A stretch of DNA of 55,614 nucleotides from Thermoprotei archaeon (GTDB lineage: Archaea; Thermoproteota; Thermoprotei; Thermoproteales; B15-G16), in NCBI GenBank assembly GCA_003649205.1, contig QMRC01000012.1, forward strand, positions 1 to 55,614. Reading direction: 5' to 3'. Below, piece after piece: positions 48,778 through 55,614 of the stretch (its first letter is position 1; every line of letters begins with the position of its first letter). The position numbers and the translations under genes were made by a program. The notes under the pieces are model-generated. The model searched no databases. It was given only the letters and a program-made list of their open reading frames with translations, and was not told where the DNA came from.

Positions 48778-49563
48778 ATGACGACAACCATAGAGCTACC
48801 GAAGAAACTAGTAGAGAAACTAAAGGAGAGAGGACTAGACCCAACAACACACATCGTAGACACCCTAGTACGAGAACTAGAGCTAGATCCAGTAGAGGAA
48901 GCAGAGACAAGAATAGAACTCGCAGAGAAATACCTAGAAGAAGCGAGGAAATACATCGAGAGAGGCGACGCAGTACAAGCAAGCGAGAAAATGTACAAAG
49001 TAGTCGAGGAATGCATAAAGGCACTAGCACACATGCACAAACTACCTGAGTACGAAAAAGCAGTGAAAGAAGGAAGATGGTGGACACAACTACTAGGAAA
49101 AGCAGCTAGAAAACTAGCTAAACTACTCAACGAACCAAGAATTGAATCAACATGGTCAATCGCCTACGACATACACGTATGGGGATTCCACGAAGCAAAG
49201 TACACAGTAGAAGACATAGCACAAGACATACAGCACATAGAGTGGCTACTCAACCACACAAAGAAACAAATCAAAACAACAACCAAACACCAATCAAACA
49301 ACAACTCAATTAAGAAACAAAGAGAGCAGAAACAACAAAGAGCAGAGAGGGAAAACCCACATGACACTAGTGAGAGCAAGAGTAGAGATACACGGAACAA
49401 AGAAGCAAGTAACAGCAACAGCACTAGTAGGTACAGGAGCAACACTAACACTCATAGACAGAGAAGTAGCAGACGAGATAGGAGTCAAGTACACAGGAAG
49501 AAAAATCAAACTAGTAGTAGCAGACGGACACGAACTACCCAGCGAACTAGCTATAGTGGATAA
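48778..49563 (+). CDS. PaREP1-family protein (domain ends near residue 165; low-complexity tail)
   Basis: GDAVQASEKMYK, GRWWT and HVWGFHE. Confidence 0.85.
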   Translation: MTTTIELPKKLVEKLKERGLDPTTHIVDTLVRELELDPVEEAETRIELAEKYLEEARKYIERGDAVQASEKMYKVVEECIKALAHMHKLPEYEKAVKEGRWWTQLLGKAARKLAKLLNEPRIESTWSIAYDIHVWGFHEAKYTVEDIAQDIQHIEWLLNHTKKQIKTTTKHQSNNNSIKKQREQKQQRAERENPHDTSESKSRDTRNKEASNSNSTSRYRSNTNTHRQRSSRRDRSQVHRKKNQTSSSRRTRTTQRTSYSG

Positions 49564-49759
49564 GGTGGTAATCGAAGGAGAAGAACTACCACAAGCACAC
49601 ATAGCAGTAACAGAATTCCCACAGAAACTAAGACAAAGACTAGAGACACTACAGCTATGTACATGGTGCATCATAGGAGCAACAACACTAGAGACACTGG
49701 AACTAACACCAAACCCAAAAACAGGAAAACTAGAGAAAACACAAGCACTACTACTCTAA
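49361..49759 (+). CDS. clan AA aspartic-protease-like protein, catalytic DTG present as GTG
   Basis: ALVGTGATLTLID..VADEIG, ADG and IIGATTLE. Confidence 0.8.
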   Translation: MTLVRARVEIHGTKKQVTATALVGTGATLTLIDREVADEIGVKYTGRKIKLVVADGHELPSELAIVDKVVIEGEELPQAHIAVTEFPQKLRQRLETLQLCTWCIIGATTLETLELTPNPKTGKLEKTQALLL

Positions 49760-49811
49760 ACAAGACGAAAAACACATAACACCCCCACACAACCACGTGA
49801 AACGAGAACAA

Positions 49812-49912
49812 CCCCCGGTAGCTCAGCCTGGCAGAGCGGCCGGCTGTAGTGGGGTAGGAAAGAACAACCCGCAGCAACCGGCAGGCCGGGGGTTCAAATC
49901 CCCCCCGGGGGA
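49812..49912 (+). tRNA. tRNA-Tyr(GTA) with a 27-nt intron at 37/38 (49850-49876)
   Basis: CCCCCGG/CCGGGGG acceptor with C1-G72 and A73, GCCGG-CTGTAG|ACCGGC anticodon arm. BHB motif: CTGT/GCAG helix with AGT and CAA bulges. CCA not encoded. Confidence 0.97.
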
Positions 49913-49988
49913 TCATTTACTCATTTCTTCTTCACCAATTTTGGTGGGTTTTTCACATGATTCTTTGGTTCTGAGGTTTTGATTGGGG

Positions 49989-50032
49989 ATCTTATATACT
50001 ACTTAGCTTAGTTCTATCTCGGTGAATTCTCT
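49989..50032 (+). promoter_or_regulatory. TATA box and RBS, duplicated at 50599-50642
   Basis: ATCTTATATACT...GGTGAAT(T/C)CTCT-GTGCCTAT occurs twice, exactly 610 bp apart. Confidence 0.8.
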
Positions 50033-50464
50033 GTGCCTATCATCATAAGGTTACCGATCAAGGTTAAGGAAATTAAACCTATTACTGTTAGCTTTGTTGC
50101 TGAGGTTCCTTACTTAGTCCCTGGTGAGTTGAGGGTTCCGGAGGATGTTTTGAAGAGGTTTAGGGATTTTGGTGTTCCTGATGGGTATCCTGTTCAGGTT
50201 TGTGTAGCGCCGTTGGAGTATGTTATTGAGAAAGAGGGTGGTGTGAATCTAGAGAGACCTGAGGTTTTTGGGTTGCCAGTAGCTGCTGTTGTGTATTTTC
50301 GGTATGGTAGGGGTATTTGGTTGAGTGAGTACTTTTGGGATTTCTTTAGTGCTAACTTCAGGAAGTATGTAGGTCACCTTAAGAAGGGTGATCCTGTAAA
50401 AGTGAGAGTAGTGATACATACAGCACTATTCATAGTTGATGAGGATGTGAGGAAGACAGCTTGA
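50033..50464 (+). CDS. hypothetical protein, tandem paralog 1 (AbrB-like motifs)
   Basis: Collinear with and highly similar to 50643..51080; own promoter and RBS. Confidence 0.85.
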   Translation: MPIIIRLPIKVKEIKPITVSFVAEVPYLVPGELRVPEDVLKRFRDFGVPDGYPVQVCVAPLEYVIEKEGGVNLERPEVFGLPVAAVVYFRYGRGIWLSEYFWDFFSANFRKYVGHLKKGDPVKVRVVIHTALFIVDEDVRKTA

Positions 50465-50642
50465 AGGGAAAGTAAGAGATCTTGAGTTGATGCTTCATTT
50501 AGCTATGTTATCCTGATCTCAGGTGTACTCTGTATCCTTGTTAGTTGGTACTGTAGATTACTCTGTGTAGTCTACACATGCTCTTCATTGTATCAGGAAT
50601 CTTATATACTGGCTTGCCTCTCCTCTTGTTGGTGAATCCTCT

Positions 50643-51080
50643 GTGCCTATTGTCATTAAGCTTCCAGTTGAGGTTAAGGAGATTAGGCCTATTACGGTTT
50701 GCTTCATAGCTGAAGTACCTTATATGATGCCTACTGAGGTTAAGATACCGAATGAAGTACTTAAAAAGCTGAGGGAGAGTGGTCTGCCCGACGGGTATCC
50801 TGTTAGTATTTGTGTTGCACCGCTCAAGTATGTTGAGGAGAAGGAGGGGTGTGTGAGGCTTGAGGATCCGGAGGTCTTTGGTTTGCCTGTAGCTGCTATC
50901 GTGTACTTTCGGTATGACAGAGGTATTCGTTTAAGCGAACTTTTCTGGGACCTCTTTGCTGCTGGTTATAGGAAATACCTCGAGGGTTTGAAGAAGGGGG
51001 ATCCTGTAAAGGTGCGTATCGTCATTCATGCTGCACTATTCGTTATTGAGAGAGAAAAAAGTAATGTGGAAAAGAGTTAG
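50643..51080 (+). CDS. hypothetical protein, tandem paralog 2 (AbrB-like motifs)
   Basis: Shares PDGYPV, VAPL.YV.EKEG, PEVFGLPVAA.VYFRY and LKKGDPVKVR with paralog 1. Confidence 0.85.
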   Translation: MPIVIKLPVEVKEIRPITVCFIAEVPYMMPTEVKIPNEVLKKLRESGLPDGYPVSICVAPLKYVEEKEGCVRLEDPEVFGLPVAAIVYFRYDRGIRLSELFWDLFAAGYRKYLEGLKKGDPVKVRIVIHAALFVIEREKSNVEKS

Positions 51081-51109
51081 AGCACCTTCTGAGGCTTAGC
51101 AACGCCTTA

Positions 51110-53239
51110 TCAGAGGTGTTTGATACCATAATCAAATACCGCAACATAGACCATTATGCCGTTAACTGTCCTTTCAGCACTAGTCAACACTACCGATATG
51201 TACATGATGTAATCAGCCCCTATGCCTATTGCATGCTCTTTAGCTTCCCTAATACACATCTTCCTCAACGATTCAAGGACGCTAGGAGCCTCTTCATAGC
51301 TTGCAAACCGAATCTTTGTCTCAACAACCGCTACTACCTTTCCCTTCTCAGACAATATTATAAAGTCAGGCTTGCCCGGCTGCCCGAGCATTTCAATCGT
51401 GAAGTCCTTGAGCTTAAGTGCTTCTGATATGTACCTACGCAGTACTCGGTGATGTAGTAGCTTCTGTGCTATGTACTCTCCAATGTAGCCTTTACTTCGT
51501 GAATCTAATGTAAGGTATGTAAACAGCAAGTTAGGTTTCACAAAGATCCCTATGTATCCTTCAGACTCCATGACTATCAGGTTCTTCTCCACTAGTTGTT
51601 TTGCTTTTGCTCTTGGTATGGTTTCGTATATTTGCTTTAGTTCTGGTAGCTTGAAGTACCTCGTGTATGGTCTTTGTGGTTCGTGGAATCTTATGTAGTA
51701 CCCTATGACTTGTTCTCTCTCGTTTCTTACTGGTATGATGTCTAGTATTTTCCAGGCTTTTACTACTCCTTCTGCTTTTGTTACTATGTTCCAGTGTAGG
51801 TTGTTTGGTTGGAGGACTAGGTGTAGTTCTAGGTCTCCTCTCTTGAATACGATGTATGGTGATCTGTAGCCTGCGTACTGTGGTCTTAGTTCTCCTTGGA
51901 TGGTGGTGGTTCCTGGTAGTTTGAGTACTGGTTTCTCGTCTATGACATCTATCTCGAGTACTTGTCTTAGCTTTGGTTCTATGGTGTTTATCCACCTATC
52001 TAGTACTTGTTTGAGGGTTGTCTGTTCGAGGACTATACCTATCCACTGTCCTGTGTACTTCTTGAGGTGTAGCTTGATCTTGTCTACCTTGGTTAGGTAT
52101 CTTAGCTGTATTTCCTGTACTCCCCATTCGTTGATTAGTTTTAGGGTATAGAGCCCTGGTTTCTGTACCATGTACTTGCTGAAGGTCTTTGGTATTGCTA
52201 CTGTTCCTGTCTTTGGTACCTTGGCTACGTATCCTCTTCCTGTGCTGAGTGTTCTTACCCAGGTCTCGATTAGTGTTGTTACTTCGTGTCTTGGTGTTGT
52301 CTTGAGTTGTGTCCTTATGTACTGTATGATCTCTGGGTCATCTCGGTAGAGTTTCTTTACTAGTTCTCTCAGTTGTCTTAGGTAGGTGTTTGCTATGTGG
52401 TGTGTTGTTGGGTAGAGTTTTCCTAGTGCTCTGATTGCTACCTCTATGAGTGCTGTTGCTAGGAGTTGTGCTGCTGCTCTCTCCTTTACTTCCTTTGGTA
52501 CGTCTGGTCGTACTATGGCTGCTGCTAGTGTTCCTAAGGTTCCTGGGTATGTTTCGGTTAGTGCTGTTAGTGGGTCGTATCCTCTAAGTACGTCGTCTAT
52601 GGCTTTGGGTATTCCGAGGTTCACTATATTGCCTATGTGGTAGAGTAGTGCTATGGTGTGGATGAGTACTGGTGTGTCTAGTCCTGTTGCTTCTCTTATC
52701 CTCTCTAAGCTATCTCGGTAGTCCTGTACGAGGTATGCTGGTGATTCTCTGTATACCTCTATGACTTGTCTAAGTACGTTACCTATGTCTACGGTGCTTA
52801 CCTGTACTCTGTAGCTCTTAGGTACTTTGCTTCCGTTGATCTCTATCGGTATGGTTAGGGTTATGGTGTTGTTGCTTATCTCTACCTTGGTTTGGTTTAG
52901 TAGGTATGTTACGTTTCCTACGGTGATGTAGTTTCCTATCTCTGTGATTGCTTTTGTGAGGTTTCCTGTTTCTAGGTACTTATCGAGTACGTTGCTGCAC
53001 CTAGTTACTCTTAGTCCTGGGTACTTGATTGCTAGGTATGTTGTTGAGAGTGCTAGTCCGATGATGAGTATTCCTAGGAATTTCCTTAGTGCTCTGTCAC
53101 TTACTACGTACCTACCTAGGAGGAACCACATGAGTATGGTTGCTAGTGGTAGTGGTGACTTCACGAGTAATCCGGCTATTGCTGATGCTATTGTTACTAG
53201 GATTAGTAGTATCCTGAGGATTTTGGTTACTGGGGTCAC
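51110..53239 (-). CDS. membrane-anchored protein with C-terminal PD-(D/E)XK nuclease domain
   Basis: Three N-terminal hydrophobic helices; C-terminal KGYIGE..A...KPDFII...VVAVVETK. Confidence 0.75.
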   Translation of the reverse strand: MTPVTKILRILLILVTIASAIAGLLVKSPLPLATILMWFLLGRYVVSDRALRKFLGILIIGLALSTTYLAIKYPGLRVTRCSNVLDKYLETGNLTKAITEIGNYITVGNVTYLLNQTKVEISNNTITLTIPIEINGSKVPKSYRVQVSTVDIGNVLRQVIEVYRESPAYLVQDYRDSLERIREATGLDTPVLIHTIALLYHIGNIVNLGIPKAIDDVLRGYDPLTALTETYPGTLGTLAAAIVRPDVPKEVKERAAAQLLATALIEVAIRALGKLYPTTHHIANTYLRQLRELVKKLYRDDPEIIQYIRTQLKTTPRHEVTTLIETWVRTLSTGRGYVAKVPKTGTVAIPKTFSKYMVQKPGLYTLKLINEWGVQEIQLRYLTKVDKIKLHLKKYTGQWIGIVLEQTTLKQVLDRWINTIEPKLRQVLEIDVIDEKPVLKLPGTTTIQGELRPQYAGYRSPYIVFKRGDLELHLVLQPNNLHWNIVTKAEGVVKAWKILDIIPVRNEREQVIGYYIRFHEPQRPYTRYFKLPELKQIYETIPRAKAKQLVEKNLIVMESEGYIGIFVKPNLLFTYLTLDSRSKGYIGEYIAQKLLHHRVLRRYISEALKLKDFTIEMLGQPGKPDFIILSEKGKVVAVVETKIRFASYEEAPSVLESLRKMCIREAKEHAIGIGADYIMYISVVLTSAERTVNGIMVYVAVFDYGIKHL

Positions 53240-53428
53240 GTGGGGGCCCTTTCTCTAGTTGATCAGAATCGATTATAGTCTCGTAGAGTGTTGGTTATGT
53301 GATTTCATAGAGCTACGTTACTGTACTGTACTACTGATTGATCTAGTGTGTTCCTGTGTTCGGTTGAGTCTGTGTTGGTGTAGGTATGTTATTTAGCTCC
53401 CTCTGTACTGTGGTTTATTGGGTGGGTT

Positions 53429-53956
53429 TTGTTGGGTTGTATTGTTTGGGTTCCTAGGAGGATTGTTAAGGAGATTGAGAGGAGGGGTTTGTGTGTTGAG
53501 GATGTTTTAGTTGAAGTTCTTGCTGAGAAGTTTAATCTTGATTCTCAGAGTGTTGCTGAGGTTCGTCTTGAGCTTGCTGAGAAGTACTTGGAGGAAGCTA
53601 GGAGCTATGTTGAGAAGGGTGATGCTGTTCAAGCAAGTGAGAAGTTGTATAAGGTTGTTGAGGAGTGTGTGAAGGCTCTTGCTGAACTCCTTAACCTTCC
53701 TGAGGTTGAGAAGGCTAAGAGGTTAGGGAGGTGGTTTACTTGGCTTCTTGGTAGTGCTTCTTCGAGGGCTTCTAAGGTGCTTGGTGAGCCGAGGATTGAG
53801 TTTGTCTGGGGTATTGCGTATGACCTACATGTCTGGGGTTTTCATGAGGTGAAGTACGGTATTGATGTTGTTGAGATGAGATTTCCTCATATTGAGTGGC
53901 TTCTACGGTACACTAAGGAGAAGGTGAAGGAGCTTTCGAAGGGTTCTCAGAGGTAG
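53429..53956 (+). CDS. PaREP1-family protein
   Basis: GDAVQASEKLYK, GRWFT and LHVWGFHE. Confidence 0.9.
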   Translation: MLGCIVWVPRRIVKEIERRGLCVEDVLVEVLAEKFNLDSQSVAEVRLELAEKYLEEARSYVEKGDAVQASEKLYKVVEECVKALAELLNLPEVEKAKRLGRWFTWLLGSASSRASKVLGEPRIEFVWGIAYDLHVWGFHEVKYGIDVVEMRFPHIEWLLRYTKEKVKELSKGSQR

Positions 53957-54017
53957 CTTAGTGTGTTTAGCTACCTTAATTTACCTGTTAACTCATTTAC
54001 TGATTGAGGTGGGAAGA

Positions 54018-54518
54018 GTGGAGTTCACTGTTATTGAGGTTCCTGATGTTGTTTATGAGGTCCTTGCTCGAAAGGCTAAGTACTTGGGTAGGACGGTAGT
54101 AGATGTGATTGTGGACTCTGTAATCTCTAATCTCGATCCTGAATCCAGAGTTGAGGTGTACCTCAAACTCCATGATAAGTACCTTAGCGATGCTGAGGAT
54201 CTGTATAGGAGAGGTGACCTTACTCAAGCTAGTGAGAAGTACTGGGGTGCTGTCTACGCTATCTTGAGTGCTATTGCCGAGTCGGGAGGGTTGCCACATT
54301 TTAGACATGGTCATTTTGAGGAATTGATTGAGTTACTTAGTGAGGAGCTTAATGACCGTGAGTTACCTAAGCTCTTCGCTAGTGCTGAGAGACTTCACGC
54401 AAATTTCTACCATGGTTTTCTCAGGAAGTTTGGATTTGAGATTCATCGTGAAGACGTGCTTAAGCTAGTTGAGAAGCTTCGTAATTACCTAACTGAGCTT
54501 AGGAGTACTCGGTGCTAG
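54018..54518 (+). CDS. PaREP1-family protein with RHH-like N-terminus
   Basis: VIEVPDVVYEVL, GDLTQASEKYWGA and AERLHANFYH; GAGGTG RBS precedes GTG 54018. Confidence 0.9.
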   Translation: MEFTVIEVPDVVYEVLARKAKYLGRTVVDVIVDSVISNLDPESRVEVYLKLHDKYLSDAEDLYRRGDLTQASEKYWGAVYAILSAIAESGGLPHFRHGHFEELIELLSEELNDRELPKLFASAERLHANFYHGFLRKFGFEIHREDVLKLVEKLRNYLTELRSTRC

Positions 54519-54567
54519 GTCTACTAGGTACCTCATTCTCAACTCTAGATGTGTGGGGTAACTTAAA

Positions 54568-55401
54568 ATGAAGGACAGATCATCTATGAATGTCATTGAT
54601 AGGCTCAAGAAGGTTTTCATCAAGTATCCTCAGGTTCTCCTAGCGTATCTCTACGGTAGCTATGCTAGGGGTTGTCCTAGTCCATTAAGTGATGTCGATA
54701 TAGCTATCTTGACTAGTGATCGTGGTGTAGTGCTTGATCTCGTAGCTGATGTAGCTAGAGAACTTGGTATACCTGAGAGTCAGGTATCGATTACTGACTT
54801 GGAGCTTATGGATCCTCTAATTAGGTTGAAGATACTTCGTGAAGGTGTTGAACTTGTTAATAGGGGTGTTGATACTCGATCACTTCTCCCTCGTGATCAG
54901 TCCTATGTCGAGGTCTATGAACTTGAGGAGAGGTCGAGTTCTCTAAGTTGGTTGAGAGGTGATCCTATAGATATTGTCTTGATTAGGGATGTAGTTGCTA
55001 GAATTCATGAGGATGTTCGTGATCTAGAGGAGTTACTTAGCTTTGGTTTTGAGAGGGTTATTGGTGATAAGCATTTGAGGAAGTCCTTTGAGAGAACGAT
55101 GCAGACTCTCATAGAGTCTATGGTGGATCTACTGAGACATATCGTAGCTGGGTTGAATCTGGGTGTAGCGATGTACTACAGGGACTACGTTGATTTTGCT
55201 GTTAAGGGGGGTGTCATCTCTAGTGATGTAGCTGAGCAACTACGGAGATTCATACCGATTAGACATGCACTAGTACACAGGTACCGTAGTCTGGATTACG
55301 AGAAGTTATGGGGTGAAGCTCCTAAACTAGTACAGTTAGCTAATCAACTAGTTAGTGAAGTTAGGGAATTCCTGAAGAGGAGATTGGGGCTCAAGGTATA
55401 G
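54568..55401 (+). CDS. fused MNT (MntA) nucleotidyltransferase and HEPN (HepT/DUF86) RNase
   Basis: YLYGSYARG...SDVDIA; ERTMQ..IES..D; RHALVHRY (Rx4H). Confidence 0.9.
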   Translation: MKDRSSMNVIDRLKKVFIKYPQVLLAYLYGSYARGCPSPLSDVDIAILTSDRGVVLDLVADVARELGIPESQVSITDLELMDPLIRLKILREGVELVNRGVDTRSLLPRDQSYVEVYELEERSSSLSWLRGDPIDIVLIRDVVARIHEDVRDLEELLSFGFERVIGDKHLRKSFERTMQTLIESMVDLLRHIVAGLNLGVAMYYRDYVDFAVKGGVISSDVAEQLRRFIPIRHALVHRYRSLDYEKLWGEAPKLVQLANQLVSEVREFLKRRLGLKV

Positions 55402-55406
55402 AGGAC

Positions 55407-55614
55407 CTACTCCCTAAGTGCTACCGATATGACGTCTCTTGGTGCTACCTTCTCACATTGCTTACTCACCATAGTCTTCAGAATCCAGTAGTAGATAGGT
55501 ACCTGAAAACTCCACACCTTACCTACCCAAGGTTCACTTGGTACTTTACTCAATCTCCGTAACCTAGCATCAACACGAATCACGACACTATTCCTGAGAA
55601 GGAACTCACATAAC
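55407..55614 (-). CDS. 3' end of a CDS entering from the window edge (resembles the C-terminus of crenarchaeal ATPase families)
   Basis: Open frame ...LLRNSVV...EPWVGKVWSFQVPIYYWILK...ALRE-stop. Confidence 0.55.
   Translation of the reverse strand, partial: LCEFLLRNSVVIRVDARLRRLSKVPSEPWVGKVWSFQVPIYYWILKTMVSKQCEKVAPRDVISVALRE

Noticed and set aside
49850-49876. tRNA-Tyr intron as a novelty or embedded guide RNA
   Set aside because: Canonical 37/38 position and BHB motif; too short and lacks C/D boxes.
49671-49982. ORFs 49671..49916 and 49797..49982
   Set aside because: They overlap tRNA-Tyr.
46398-52643. Long antisense and alternate-frame ORFs (e.g. 46398..47132, 48713..49087, 49306..49674, 51561..51995)
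   Set aside because: These are shadows of real genes. The extreme base skew removes stop codons, and the translations are low-complexity.
1-55614. CRISPR array or cas genes associated with the CARF protein
   Set aside because: No regularly spaced direct repeats or Cas motifs were seen.
49812-55614. Integrated provirus or plasmid at tRNA-Tyr
   Set aside because: No integrase and no duplicated tRNA half in the window; one could lie beyond the right edge.

Overview
This is a 55.6-kb archaeal chromosome segment. The EF-2 N-terminus, PaREP1 genes, a BHB tRNA intron and sRNA guides complementary to crenarchaeal 16S rRNA point to a hyperthermophilic Thermoproteota host, most likely Thermoproteales. 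Housekeeping genes include two ECF transporter modules, EF-2, YchF, PRPP synthase, deoxyhypusine synthase, AglH, NadM/CinA, tRNA-Cys and an intron-containing tRNA-Tyr. The ORF track misses nine box C/D guide sRNAs, one Pyrobaculum-type atypical H/ACA-like RNA and a 46-aa zinc-ribbon gene. Five loci stand out. (1) A coupled operon of a core (Mes-type) methionine synthase, a corrinoid protein and a non-pyrrolysine MttB is a candidate folate-free route from a methylated amine via B12 to homocysteine; the window also has a cobZ-cobT-cobS-cobY cluster whose CobY is fused to an AsnB-like domain, and a B12 radical SAM gene. (2) An island around tRNA-Tyr has a membrane-anchored protein with an apparently swapped C-terminal PD-(D/E)XK nuclease, tandem AbrB-like paralogs, PaREP1 genes and an MNT-HEPN fusion. 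(3) An extreme A/C-to-G/T strand-skew inversion at tRNA-Tyr is independent of gene orientation and has origin-like polarity. (4) A CARF-wHTH regulator faces a stand-alone nurA-herA pair across a nested inverted-repeat element. (5) An asparagine-synthetase-like AsnRS paralog retains its anticodon-binding domain. No CRISPR array, integrase or transposase was seen. All family calls and rRNA targets come from motif recognition and recalled consensus sequences, not from searches.
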